From Verrucomicrobiales bacterium (GTDB taxonomy: Bacteria; Verrucomicrobiota; Verrucomicrobiia; Verrucomicrobiales; DEV007): DNA of 64,000 nucleotides. Made by a program: the position numbers and the translations under genes. How positions within the stretch are numbered: the stretch's first letter is position 1; each line of letters opens with the position of its first letter. Shown piece by piece: positions 27,849-37,973 of this stretch. The notes beneath the pieces are model-generated. The model worked only from the letters and a program-made list of their open reading frames with translations, was not told where the DNA came from and made no database searches. The stretch is from contig JARGOD010000004.1 in NCBI GenBank assembly GCA_029210205.1, forward strand, positions 13,842 through 77,841, read 5' to 3'.

Positions 27849-30680
27849 TCAGCGCAGGTAACGGAAGTCAACGGAGGCAAAGAGGGCGCGACTCAGAGCG
27901 GCCCACGCTTCGGGATCGTCCCGGTGATCAGAGTCTCCGGATTCCCGGAGAAAGCTTAGCGCGAGACTCACTTCACTGGTCGTGGGAGGACGACCAACTG
28001 CGCGTCGGAAGGCGAGCTCTACGCGCTCCTCATCACTTTGCTTCGGCGCTTGCAATAGGACATCCGCCGCGGCGGACGAACGTTGGTGAACGAACTCACT
28101 GTTTGTCAGAAAGAGCGCCTGGGTCGGGATCGTGCTCCGCGATCGCTTTCCGACCGAGAAGTTCGGGTTGGCGAAATCGAAAACGGTGAACATCTCGTAG
28201 CCTGAATTCCGGAATACCGGTACGTAAATGCTCCGGCGCATCGTTGTGAACTCGTAGCCAAACTCGGATCTGAAATTCTTCGGCAGGGAGGGGCCGCCCG
28301 CCTGATCATCCAGTTCACCTGACAAGGTCAACATCGCATCTCTCAGTGACTCGGCATCAAGAGGTCGTAGATGGGCGCGAGCGTAGAGCTTGTTCTCGGG
28401 ATCGATCTCGTCGCCTTCCTGCAGTCCTCGGCCGGTTGAGCGGGAATAGACATCCGACATCATAATCTCCTGCACGAGCGCCTTCGTCGACCACCCTGTC
28501 GCGATGAGCCGTCCTGCAAGGTAGTCGAGTAATTCGGGATGAGTCGGTTCCTCACCGGTGATACCGAAATTGTCAGGAGTCCGCACGAGCCCTTCGCCCA
28601 TCAATTTGAGCCAGACGCGATTGGCGAGAACGCGGGCAGTCAACGGGTGGCGCTCATCGACAAGCCAGTTCGCCAACTCGAGTCGTCCGCTGGCTTCCTT
28701 TGAAATGGACGGCGTCTCCCAGGTCGCAACTTCGAGGAATCCCCGAGGAACCACCTCCCCGCGATTCGATTCCATCCCGCGAATCCGAAGCTCAGTTCCT
28801 CCGATCGCATCTGAAGCATGGTCGACGACGCTCATTGCCATAGGGATGGCAGGCGCTTTGGCGCGAAGCTCCTTGAGCGCTTTTTCCGCAACCGTAAGTT
28901 TGCTTTCCAACTCCCTGGTCTCCTTGCTGAGCTTTTCATCCACGTCCGGACTGGTGACGTCCTTGGCGGGCAGCCACTGCACCGAGTCGGCGATGACATG
29001 ACCGCGCTCAGCGCTGTCGTTGCTCAGGACTACCCTCACCGTTTCACCCTGTTTCACTTCGTAGGTGCCGATGGTTTGGAAAAGAGCATGGTGCTCCGGT
29101 GAGAGCTTTTGATTGATCGTCACGACGTCTTTCCGCCCACCCACTTCAATGTGCACAGGAACTTTAGTGTTCCGGCTTGGCCCGGGTGCGTAAGAGATTC
29201 TCAGCTCATACATACCCGCAGCAGGCAACTCAGTCTCCCAGGTGATGCGCTTCATCCCGCCTCCCGCATTCTGGTCGTGAAGGTAGCCATCACCGATCCA
29301 TCGGCCAACACTGGTGGAGCTTTCCCATTCACCGGAAAGGATCGCAACGGTATCGTCCAGGACGATCCCCGGGAGTGAGTCTGCCCGAACGCTTCTCACC
29401 TGGCCACCGCTCCCCCTCCCCATCTCAGCGAGACGGTCGCTGAGCTTTTCAACTTCAGCAGATAGTTGTTTCTCCGCCTTCTCGAATCGGGCAATCGCCG
29501 CTTTTGCTTCTTCCGTCGGCGGAATCGGTTCCCGATGCCACTTTGAGACATTGGAATGGGTGACCGAGTTGGTGCTCAGGAAAATCCCGGCCATCGCGTA
29601 GTAGTCCTTCGTCGGGACTGGATCAAACTTGTGATCGTGGCACCGGGCACAGCCGACTGTCTGGCCCATGAAAGCACGGCCGATCGTGTCGATCTGCTCA
29701 TCGACGATTTCAAAATCGAGTTCAGCTTTATTTTGGTTCTCATAGTTGTGAGGACCGAGAACAAGAAAGCCGGTCGCGGTCAGGTGGCGTTGACGCTCTT
29801 TCAAATTTTCAAATGGAAGCAGGTCTCCCGCGATCTGCTCGGTGATGAATTCGTCCAACGGGCGATCCTCCTGAAAGGCCTCGATCACATAGTCCCGATA
29901 ACGCCACGCATCGGGAAACGGCATCGCCCTTCCACCCCCGCTGGAATCCGCGTAGCGCACGATGTCGAGCCAGTGTCTGCCCCAGCGCTCCCCAAAAGCG
30001 TCTGATGCCAGCCAGCGGTTAACCATCTCCTCCCACTTCGTCTCACTGGGATCGCTGAGAAACTCCTCCTGCTCCTCAAGGGTCGGGATTAACCCGGTGA
30101 GGTCAATCTTGGCACGCCGCAGGCGCTGGAGCGGTCCTGTCTCCGGCTCAGGTGCCAGACCTGCCTCTTCCAGCCTGACGTCAATGAACTCATCGATGCT
30201 GTGTTTTTCGCCAAAAGTCTCCTGCCTGGGTTTGAACGACCAGAATTCACGGCCCTTTTCGACGCTCATACCTTCTTCGTCGTAGTCAGCAGATACGCCG
30301 GTCCTCGGATCCGGTAATCCACGACGAACCCATTCTTCAAAATCGGCAATCACTGCGGATGGCAACTTGCCATCCGGTGGCATCTCGAGATCCGGATCGT
30401 CATAGCGAATCGTCTCGATGATAAGGCTTCCGTCCACATTACCCGGAATCGCCGCTGGTCCGGAGTCGCCGCCCAATTCCCAGCCCGCCTTGCTGTCGAG
30501 CCAGAGTCCACCTTTTCGTTTATCCGCTTCCTGCGAGTGACACTCGTAGCAGTGAGTCACGAGCGCGGGTCGGATCTTCGATTCGAAAAACTGGAGATCC
30601 TCGCGGCTGAGATCAACCGCCGACGCTGCCGAAAGACTCGACAGCAGTGCAACAATCAGAACTGCGGGGGTGATTTTCAT
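27849..30680 (-). CDS. Planctomycete cytochrome c / DUF1549 / DUF1553 (PSD1) protein with a beta-sandwich insertion
   Basis: FFESKIRP...CYECH, MPP, GERWGRHWLD, CARCHDHKFDP, HPLTARV, HPELLD and PTQALF. Confidence 0.92.
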   Translation of the reverse strand: MKITPAVLIVALLSSLSAASAVDLSREDLQFFESKIRPALVTHCYECHSQEADKRKGGLWLDSKAGWELGGDSGPAAIPGNVDGSLIIETIRYDDPDLEMPPDGKLPSAVIADFEEWVRRGLPDPRTGVSADYDEEGMSVEKGREFWSFKPRQETFGEKHSIDEFIDVRLEEAGLAPEPETGPLQRLRRAKIDLTGLIPTLEEQEEFLSDPSETKWEEMVNRWLASDAFGERWGRHWLDIVRYADSSGGGRAMPFPDAWRYRDYVIEAFQEDRPLDEFITEQIAGDLLPFENLKERQRHLTATGFLVLGPHNYENQNKAELDFEIVDEQIDTIGRAFMGQTVGCARCHDHKFDPVPTKDYYAMAGIFLSTNSVTHSNVSKWHREPIPPTEEAKAAIARFEKAEKQLSAEVEKLSDRLAEMGRGSGGQVRSVRADSLPGIVLDDTVAILSGEWESSTSVGRWIGDGYLHDQNAGGGMKRITWETELPAAGMYELRISYAPGPSRNTKVPVHIEVGGRKDVVTINQKLSPEHHALFQTIGTYEVKQGETVRVVLSNDSAERGHVIADSVQWLPAKDVTSPDVDEKLSKETRELESKLTVAEKALKELRAKAPAIPMAMSVVDHASDAIGGTELRIRGMESNRGEVVPRGFLEVATWETPSISKEASGRLELANWLVDERHPLTARVLANRVWLKLMGEGLVRTPDNFGITGEEPTHPELLDYLAGRLIATGWSTKALVQEIMMSDVYSRSTGRGLQEGDEIDPENKLYARAHLRPLDAESLRDAMLTLSGELDDQAGGPSLPKNFRSEFGYEFTTMRRSIYVPVFRNSGYEMFTVFDFANPNFSVGKRSRSTIPTQALFLTNSEFVHQRSSAAADVLLQAPKQSDEERVELAFRRAVGRPPTTSEVSLALSFLRESGDSDHRDDPEAWAALSRALFASVDFRYLR

Positions 30681-30770
30681 CCGATGAGAAAGTATCGGAT
30701 TTCCACATTAGTTGCACTTGCGTCATAAAGGCACGCTTTGCGTGTCCAATCTCATCAAAACCAGACTCAG

Positions 30771-31202
30771 CTAGCGCTTTACTTCAACAGTGACCGTCTG
30801 GCGTCCCCATTCCAGAGCCTGCTTGTGGGTTTTGAAGAACAGATCAATTTTCCCGCCCTTGATCGCACCACCGCGGTCTTCGACGGTTCCCCATCCATAG
30901 CCCGGAATCTTCATGCGGGTGCCGAAAGGGAAAACACTTGTGTCGGCCGCAATCGTCCCGGGCTTTGCCTTCGTGCCGGAAGCGGTAACCCCGACTTTCT
31001 TCTTTTCACCTTCCTGAGGTCCGTAAGCAAAAACCGGCTGCATGAGCAGATTACGCTTCCATCCGCAGCACTGCTGGCACTTGCAGTAGCCCGTCGCCTC
31101 AAGCGCGATGAACTCTGTTCGCTCAAAGGGCTTGTGGTTCGCGCATCCTGACAGCAAAGCCAAAGCGACGCCAAAGAAAAAGCCTAATTTCATAATTTTC
31201 AT
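30771..31202 (-). CDS. 3D-domain lipoprotein (MltA/Stationary-phase-survival-like)
   Basis: Lipobox LLSG-C, ATGYCKCQQCCG, TASGT, IAAD, PFGT, EDRGGAIKG and IDLF. Confidence 0.88.
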   Translation of the reverse strand: MKIMKLGFFFGVALALLSGCANHKPFERTEFIALEATGYCKCQQCCGWKRNLLMQPVFAYGPQEGEKKKVGVTASGTKAKPGTIAADTSVFPFGTRMKIPGYGWGTVEDRGGAIKGGKIDLFFKTHKQALEWGRQTVTVEVKR

Positions 31203-31306
31203 AAAATAAGGTAGTTTTAATCATAGCTTCTGCAAGAAGTCATCCATGACTTCCCCCGTCGATTTCTGTCTTCTCAAAATGGGCTTCGATGCGCTAGGCT
31301 CTCGTA

Positions 31307-32785
31307 ATGGCTCTTATTCTCTCTCTCGATCAAGGCACCACGAGTTCCCGGGCGATTATTTTCGATAAATCAGGAACTGTGAAGTCGAAGGCCCAGGAGG
31401 AATTCCCTCAGATTTTTCCGGAGCCTGGCCTCGTCGAGCACGATGCGAAAACGATCTGGGAAACCCAGTTGAGGGTCGCTCGTGCCGCGATTGAGCAATG
31501 CGGTTGTTCTCCGAGCGAAATTTCCGGAATCGGCATCACGAATCAGCGGGAAACAGTGGTCATCTGGGATCGTGAAACAGGTGCCCCGGTCGCTAACGCG
31601 ATCGTATGGCAGGACCGTCGGACGGTAGAGTATTGTGAATCACTCACCACGGAGGGATTCGCTGAAGAAATTCAAGCGATCACTGGACTAGTCATAGATG
31701 CTTACTTTTCCGGGACCAAAATCCGTTGGCTGCTTGAAAACGTACCAGGTCTCCGTGAGCGCGCCGAAGCTGGTGAACTTGCTTTTGGCACGATCGATTC
31801 CTGGCTGATCTGGAATCTCACCGGCGGCCAGTATCACCTCACTGATGTCACGAATGCGAGTCGGACACTACTTTTTGATATTCACAAACTGGATTGGGGT
31901 GAGCGCATGCTGGAGATTCTCGATGTTCCCCGCCCTCTCCTTCCCGACGTCCGAAGTAGCAGCGAACTATACGCCACAACGACAACCGAACTGTTTGGCG
32001 CCGGTATCCCTATAGCTGGAATCGCGGGAGACCAACACGCCGCTCTTTTCGGACAGGCTTGCCTCAAACCGGGCATGGCGAAAAACACCTATGGAACCGG
32101 TTGCTTCATGCTCATGAACACGGGAACCAAGCCCGTGAAGTCGAAACATCGGCTTCTCACCACAATCGCGTGGCAAATCGATGGAGTGACCGAATACGCG
32201 CTTGAAGGAAGCATTTTCATCGGAGGTGCTGTCGTGCAATGGCTGAGGGATCAGCTTGGCATCATTAAGACTTCGGAGGAGATCGAGGGGCTCGCCCGGG
32301 AAGTCGAAGACAACGGTGGCGTCTATTTTGTCCCCGCTTTTGCCGGGCTCGGCGCCCCCCACTGGGATGGCTTTGCCCGGGGAAGTATTACCGGTCTGAC
32401 GCGTGGCTCGAACAAAGCCCACATTGCGAGAGCCGCTCTTGAGGGGATAGCCTTTCAAGTTAATGAAATTCTCAAGGCGATGGTTCTGGATTCGGAGACT
32501 GAGCTGACTGAACTTCGTGTCGATGGTGGTGCAACTGGAAACGAGCTCCTCATGCAAATCCAGGCAGACCTCCTCGGCGTCCCCGTTGTTCGATCCGAAA
32601 CAGCCGAAGCGACAGCACTGGGTGCTGCCTACCTCGCAGGTCTTGCGACCGGGGTATGGGAAAGTAAGGAGCACATCGCTGATGCCTGGGCAGAGCGGGA
32701 CCGGTTTGGTCCCGGGCCCGGGCAGGCAAAGATGCAGGCTGATTTGGAGTCGTGGAATCGTGCCGTAGAGAGAACCCTGAGCTAA
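31307..32785 (+). CDS. glpK: Glycerol kinase
   Basis: [45 protein letters not shown] and VDGG. Confidence 0.97.
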   Translation: MALILSLDQGTTSSRAIIFDKSGTVKSKAQEEFPQIFPEPGLVEHDAKTIWETQLRVARAAIEQCGCSPSEISGIGITNQRETVVIWDRETGAPVANAIVWQDRRTVEYCESLTTEGFAEEIQAITGLVIDAYFSGTKIRWLLENVPGLRERAEAGELAFGTIDSWLIWNLTGGQYHLTDVTNASRTLLFDIHKLDWGERMLEILDVPRPLLPDVRSSSELYATTTTELFGAGIPIAGIAGDQHAALFGQACLKPGMAKNTYGTGCFMLMNTGTKPVKSKHRLLTTIAWQIDGVTEYALEGSIFIGGAVVQWLRDQLGIIKTSEEIEGLAREVEDNGGVYFVPAFAGLGAPHWDGFARGSITGLTRGSNKAHIARAALEGIAFQVNEILKAMVLDSETELTELRVDGGATGNELLMQIQADLLGVPVVRSETAEATALGAAYLAGLATGVWESKEHIADAWAERDRFGPGPGQAKMQADLESWNRAVERTLS

Positions 32786-32864
32786 TCACACTGTCCGGGA
32801 AAAGCTCACCTCAGTGATATCTTGCTTTTCTTGAGTTTTTGCGAAACCTTTCGCCCGTTTTCTA

Positions 32865-33236
32865 ATGCGGAGTTTGCTCAGATCCAAGATTCACCTTGCC
32901 ACGGTCACAGAGGCGAATGTCGACTATGTCGGGAGCATCACGATCGATCGGAATCTCGTCGATGCAGTGGGCTTGTGGATCGGTGAAAAGGTCCTTGTCG
33001 TCAGTGCGACGACAGGTGCCCGCCTTGAAACTTATGTCATCGAAGGCGAGGCCGGTTCCGGAGCAATCGAAATCAATGGAGCCGCGGCTCACCTCATCAA
33101 TGCCGGTGAAAAAGTAATCATTATGGGTTTTGAGCTCACTGAAAAGCCAGTCGAACCGATGGTTATACTCTGTGACAAGGAGAATGGCATTGCTGAATTT
33201 TTGAGCGAGGCGCAGGGAGAGGTTCCGGTGGTGTAG
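32865..33236 (+). CDS. panD: Aspartate 1-decarboxylase
   Basis: SKIH, YVG/SITID self-cleavage site, RLETYVI and NGAAAH. Confidence 0.95.
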   Translation: MRSLLRSKIHLATVTEANVDYVGSITIDRNLVDAVGLWIGEKVLVVSATTGARLETYVIEGEAGSGAIEINGAAAHLINAGEKVIIMGFELTEKPVEPMVILCDKENGIAEFLSEAQGEVPVV

Positions 33237-33274
33237 CCAGCCGTCTCAGTCATTCTACCTAATTCACGGGAAGC

Positions 33275-34309
33275 TCACTCCGGATTTGCCCAGGTCTTCA
33301 CGGCCGCTTCGAGCCCTTTGACCACTCTCACCAACTGATCGAGGTCGAGTTTATCCATCGTGTCGCTTGGCTTATGATAGTGTGGATAACGATACGGGGC
33401 GGTGTCTGTCACCATGACAGCCTTGTATCCCTCCTGCCAAAAGGACCAATGATCTGACCATCCCACTCCGGGGGCTTCAGGAGCAAAGGCTCCCCCGATC
33501 GCAGGGATTCCACTCTCGGTCTCGAAAGCGACACTCGCGGAATCTGCAAAATAACGAGAATTCTCATCGCCAATGAAGGCGAGGAAATCCCCCCTCTTTG
33601 GGAACGATCCTTCGAGTCCTTCCGGAACTTTCTGACTGCCTTCTTCGTCCGAGAAATAGCCAATCGTTTCGAGACACAACATCGCTATTATATTTTCGCT
33701 CCGACTGCGGCATCGCGCGGCATAGACGCGACTCCCCATGCGGTCTGTTTGAAAGTAGGGTGGCTCTTCATTCACAAAGGCCACGAAGCGGATCGTTCGC
33801 TCCTGCTGATCGCCGGCCATTGCCTGAGCGAGACTCATCATGGCAGCAACCCCGGTCCCGTTGTCGTTAGCGCCGGGGCAGCTTTGGATTGTGTCGTAAT
33901 GAGCCCCAACAATGATAATTTCATCCCGCCTCGACTTCCCCGGAAGTTCTGCAATCAGATTTCTGACTTCGACACCGTCCGCATCAAGAACATGGCGTTC
34001 GACGGGATAACCGATGTTGCCGCCACCGAGAGACGATTCAATCCAGACCGCAGCCTTCTCAAGACTCTCCGGTTTGCCGACATGCCGCTCCCCTATCTGC
34101 TCAGTCAGCGTTTTCAGATAACGTTCAAGATCAATGCGGTTCACGGGTTTTCGGTTGAGGGCGGCCGCATCGAGACGCGCCTCTTCGTTCGGATCAATCG
34201 GTATCTCTGGCGTCGATAGATGCGTCTTGAGCATTGCGGCAACACCGAGAAAGAGCAAGCCCGTCGGCAGCGCGACAATTAGAAACCGAATCAACTTTCC
34301 TTCATTCAT
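33275..34309 (-). CDS. M28 family metallopeptidase, membrane anchored
   Basis: N-terminal TM segment, VGAHYD, PGANDNGTG, NEEPP, SDHWSF and YHKPSD. Confidence 0.9.
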   Translation of the reverse strand: MNEGKLIRFLIVALPTGLLFLGVAAMLKTHLSTPEIPIDPNEEARLDAAALNRKPVNRIDLERYLKTLTEQIGERHVGKPESLEKAAVWIESSLGGGNIGYPVERHVLDADGVEVRNLIAELPGKSRRDEIIIVGAHYDTIQSCPGANDNGTGVAAMMSLAQAMAGDQQERTIRFVAFVNEEPPYFQTDRMGSRVYAARCRSRSENIIAMLCLETIGYFSDEEGSQKVPEGLEGSFPKRGDFLAFIGDENSRYFADSASVAFETESGIPAIGGAFAPEAPGVGWSDHWSFWQEGYKAVMVTDTAPYRYPHYHKPSDTMDKLDLDQLVRVVKGLEAAVKTWANPE

Positions 34310-34318
34310 CGTCTCAAA

Positions 34319-35446
34319 TTACGCTGTGACCTCCAACGCAGCCGCTACTGATTTTGCTGCCTTTTCATGAGCACCCCCTGCCCCGAGCATTGCGACAACC
34401 TCCGCGATTTCTCTCTCGATTTTCTCCCGGGCGATCTTGTCATCGAGAAGCCGATTCAGCTCTGCTGCGATCGCATGACCATTTGCCTCGCTTTGGAGCA
34501 GTTCTTTCACCACTTCCTTATCTGCCATGACGTTGACAATGCCGAGGAAATCAACTGACATGACCTGACGGGCGATTTGGGCGGTGAGCCAAGCTACTTT
34601 GTAGGTCAGGCAATACGGAAGTCCGAGACAGGCTGCTTCGAGCGTCGCGGTTCCTGAGGCGACAACTCCTACTCCGGCTTCCTGCATGATGTGATGACTC
34701 GACGACTCGCCGACAGAAAAAACTTCAGAAAGCCCTGCCTCAGCAACCAGTTCTCTAAGTCGTTCCGTGAGAGCAGGAGTCGCTCCGGTCGTCGCAAATC
34801 TCAGTGAGGAACGGGATTTCCGTAATTCCGCGGCTGCCTGCAGCATGGGGGGAAAAAGCTTTGCAATCTCTCTCTCCCTTGAACCGGGCAGCATCGCAAC
34901 GAGATCCTGATTTCGGGCAATGCTCCCGTCTCGAACTTCTCCCATCTCATCGATGAGAGGATGTCCCGCGAACTCGGTCGGGAGACCGCTTCGCTCGTAG
35001 AGTTGCTTTTCGAAAGGAAAAATGCAGATCATGAGATCGAGCAGTTCAGCCATGACCTTGATACGCCCCTTTTTCCACGCCCAGACTTGAGGGCTGATGT
35101 AGTAAATCAACTTACCTTCATAACCTTCATCACGAAGCCGTTTCGCAAGTCGAAGATTAAAACCGGGGTAATCGATCAGGAGAATTCCATCGGGTTTCGC
35201 CTCGTGAATATGGAGAACAGCCTCTTCCATTTTCTGGCGGAAGTAGCCGTATTTTTTCAAGACCTCAAGGAGGCCGAGGACCGCTGCCTCGTCGAGCCAG
35301 TTCTCAATCGTGCCTGTTAATTCAGCCATCCTTGGGCCGCCGAGGCCGGAAAAATTCCACTCACAAGCATCAGGCAACGCCCTGAGGAGTTCGGCACCAT
35401 GAGTGTCTCCACTGATTTCACCGGCAATGACGAATAGAGACTTCAA
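34319..35446 (-). CDS. lpxB: Lipid-A-disaccharide synthase
   Basis: AGEISGD, IDYPGFNL, YYISPQVWAW, IFPFE, GHPL, PGSRERE and SGTATLE. TTG start. Confidence 0.96.
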   Translation of the reverse strand: MKSLFVIAGEISGDTHGAELLRALPDACEWNFSGLGGPRMAELTGTIENWLDEAAVLGLLEVLKKYGYFRQKMEEAVLHIHEAKPDGILLIDYPGFNLRLAKRLRDEGYEGKLIYYISPQVWAWKKGRIKVMAELLDLMICIFPFEKQLYERSGLPTEFAGHPLIDEMGEVRDGSIARNQDLVAMLPGSREREIAKLFPPMLQAAAELRKSRSSLRFATTGATPALTERLRELVAEAGLSEVFSVGESSSHHIMQEAGVGVVASGTATLEAACLGLPYCLTYKVAWLTAQIARQVMSVDFLGIVNVMADKEVVKELLQSEANGHAIAAELNRLLDDKIAREKIEREIAEVVAMLGAGGAHEKAAKSVAAALEVTA

Positions 35447-35472
35447 ATAGGGTTCGGGTTGACGCGTTTCAA

Positions 35473-36639
35473 CTAGCTGACCTGAATCGCTTCGGGTGGT
35501 TCGGTGTCGTAATTCCAGGCATTAAACGAAAATTCCCAGCGCTCACGAATTTCTTTCGACTCCTCCTCGCTGACATAGTGAACGTTGCGCTGATAATCCT
35601 TAAGTCCGTCGAGATAATCGCCGATTTCAGAGAGTCCCTCCTCTTTACCACCGAGGCCAAGCTCGTCATAGATGCGACCGATCTCCCCGAGCGGATTTTT
35701 AGTGATCGCCTCATAAGTCGTTTCGACCAATTGATTCGCTGGAAGCTTGAGCTCATCTCGATCTGAAAGGTAGCGCTTCATTAGTTTCTCATAGGTCTCC
35801 ATCGTGTAGTCGGCAACGTCGACACTCTGAAATGATTGCCATGCGAAGGCGTTGAAGACGCGAGGAAAGTGGCTCCGTGTCGAGCAATAAACCTCCCACG
35901 GATTTCGGACGATATGCACGAAGCGGGCATCCGGATACATCTCGAGAATCATCTTCATTCGCGTCGTCGAAGGTGGATTCTTAAAGAGCAATTGCCGACC
36001 GTTTTTCGCGTAGTTGAGCTTCCTCACGAGAAAAGAATAGTTTTTCTTAAATCGCTTTACGGCGGACTCCGAGCAGTTCTCAAAAAACAGTGATTCGTCC
36101 CGCAGTTCCGACATTCTCTCCGGAAAGTAGTAGATGCTGTAGTAACCGACTGGGTTGAGGTTTCCGAGCGCCATCTCCTCTTCCTGTGGTTCATCAAGAG
36201 TGAGTTTAACCTTATCGAAACCACGGTCATCAGGGAGAGCACGGTCGATGATTCGCCGCATGATGCGAACCTTGGGGCCGAGCATATCAAGCGGGAGAGC
36301 TGTCTCGGTAAACATCAGATAACCGAACTGTGGGTCACGACTCATGAGGTTGTGCAGATGGGTCGTTCCACTTCTCCAATGACCGATCAAAAATATCGGA
36401 GGGTTTTTCATGGGGTGCCGCTTGATCGCTCCCGCGTATTTCACCTTTTCAATGAGCGCGAGCGGAAAGCGAACGAACTGGGCGACGCAAGCGATAAACC
36501 TTTGATACCGGGTCCTCGGATCAAATCCGGGAGTAAACAAAAAGTGGCGTAGAAAGACCCTGAGACGAGAACCGGCCAGCGGATGCAGGCCCGGTGCTTT
36601 CTTCTCAGCGGCTGATTCAAGTGTCCATTTCTCTCCCAT
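35473..36639 (-). CDS. PAPS-dependent sulfotransferase (Sulfotransfer_3 / Stf3-like)
   Basis: 5'-PSB loop IFLIGHWRSGTTHLHNLM, PQEEE, KNPP and 3'-PB motif FVHIVRNP...S. Confidence 0.88.
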   Translation of the reverse strand: MGEKWTLESAAEKKAPGLHPLAGSRLRVFLRHFLFTPGFDPRTRYQRFIACVAQFVRFPLALIEKVKYAGAIKRHPMKNPPIFLIGHWRSGTTHLHNLMSRDPQFGYLMFTETALPLDMLGPKVRIMRRIIDRALPDDRGFDKVKLTLDEPQEEEMALGNLNPVGYYSIYYFPERMSELRDESLFFENCSESAVKRFKKNYSFLVRKLNYAKNGRQLLFKNPPSTTRMKMILEMYPDARFVHIVRNPWEVYCSTRSHFPRVFNAFAWQSFQSVDVADYTMETYEKLMKRYLSDRDELKLPANQLVETTYEAITKNPLGEIGRIYDELGLGGKEEGLSEIGDYLDGLKDYQRNVHYVSEEESKEIRERWEFSFNAWNYDTEPPEAIQVS

Positions 36640-36786
36640 AGTGAACTTGGTGCGACCCTAGCCGGAATCAGTTCGATCCGCTAATTCAAAATCGGAGAAA
36701 GGAAATCCCGTCGATGGAGTTCTGCTTGCCTGCAACTCAAATGAACACTTGTATTCCCTCTTATTTTCAAGTATTCAAACCCAGCG

Positions 36787-37902
36787 ATGAATTCCAAAGA
36801 TGCTTTTTTAGCCCTGAATCTGCTTCCTCGCATCGGTCCGATCCGGGTTCGCCGGATGCTGGAGTATTTTCAGGAACCTGCGCAGATTCTCTCCGCATCA
36901 GAAAAGGAGCTTCGGGAAGTCCCTGGTATCGGACAGGAAATGGCGCAGCAGATTCATCAGTGGGAGAGCCACGTTGACTTGCCGGAAGAGCAACGCCGCA
37001 TGGAAGAACACGAGATCGAAGCCATCACCTTGGATGATGAGATATATCCTCCTGCGCTCCGTGAAATTCATGACCCTCCTTTCCTGCTATACATAAAAGG
37101 GAAATTGCTCCCATCTGACTCCGCGGCGATTGGTGTGGTTGGTTCCCGGCGCATGACTCATTACGGGCGTGAGCAGGCACGAAAGCTCAGTTTTCAACTC
37201 GCACGCACCGGCTTCTGCATTGTCAGCGGACTCGCAAGAGGGATCGATACCGCTGCCCACGAGGCCGCACTGGCCGCCGAGGGCCGAACCGTCGCCGTTC
37301 TCGGTTCTGGAATCGGAAATGTCTACCCTCCTGAAAATCAGGCTCTTGCTGACAAGATTACAGAAAACGGTGCGGTCATTTCCGAGTTTCCCGTTCTCTA
37401 TGTTCCAGACAAGCAATCCTTTCCTCTTCGAAACCGAATTGTTTCCGGAATGTCACAGGGGCTTCTTGTTGTTGAGGCACCCGCGCGGAGCGGATCGATG
37501 ATCACCGCGAATCAGGCACTCGAACAGGGACGAACCGTGTTTGCGGTTCCCGGTCCGATTGACCGTCCGAGTTCCGAAGGGTGCAATCGCTTAATTCGTG
37601 CCGGGGCCACCCTGGTCTGCACCGCGCAGGATATTATCGATGATCTCGGCGCAGGAATTAACTCGCTCGCGCTCGACTTCGATCCGCCGGTAACCCCTGC
37701 CAGGATCACTAGGCCGACACCCGAATTGAACGAAGAGGAGCGAATCATACTCAAAGCTCTGGAGTCCGGGGAATCTACAATCGATGCGCTTTCAGAGCAG
37801 CATTCGCTCCCGGCCGGAGTGGTCAGTGCAACGCTGCTTCAGCTCGAAATGAAGAGTCTTATTAAACAGCTTCCCGGCAAATACTTCATTAAACTGATTT
37901 GA
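36787..37902 (+). CDS. dprA: DNA-protecting protein DprA/Smf
   Basis: YPPALREIHDPP, VVGSR, VSGLARGID, FPLRNRIVSG and C-terminal winged helix LLQLEMK. Confidence 0.96.
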   Translation: MNSKDAFLALNLLPRIGPIRVRRMLEYFQEPAQILSASEKELREVPGIGQEMAQQIHQWESHVDLPEEQRRMEEHEIEAITLDDEIYPPALREIHDPPFLLYIKGKLLPSDSAAIGVVGSRRMTHYGREQARKLSFQLARTGFCIVSGLARGIDTAAHEAALAAEGRTVAVLGSGIGNVYPPENQALADKITENGAVISEFPVLYVPDKQSFPLRNRIVSGMSQGLLVVEAPARSGSMITANQALEQGRTVFAVPGPIDRPSSEGCNRLIRAGATLVCTAQDIIDDLGAGINSLALDFDPPVTPARITRPTPELNEEERIILKALESGESTIDALSEQHSLPAGVVSATLLQLEMKSLIKQLPGKYFIKLI

Positions 37903-37973
37903 CGGAACGTTGAAATCGGGCCACTCCATTGGCGACCGAGATCCTTCCCTCCGCACCTCTTTCCCCCGTATAC

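Noticed and set aside
36640-36786. Verrucomicrobial LexA box upstream of dprA
   Set aside because: Only a GAACA half-site is present. The TGTTC half at the required spacing is missing.
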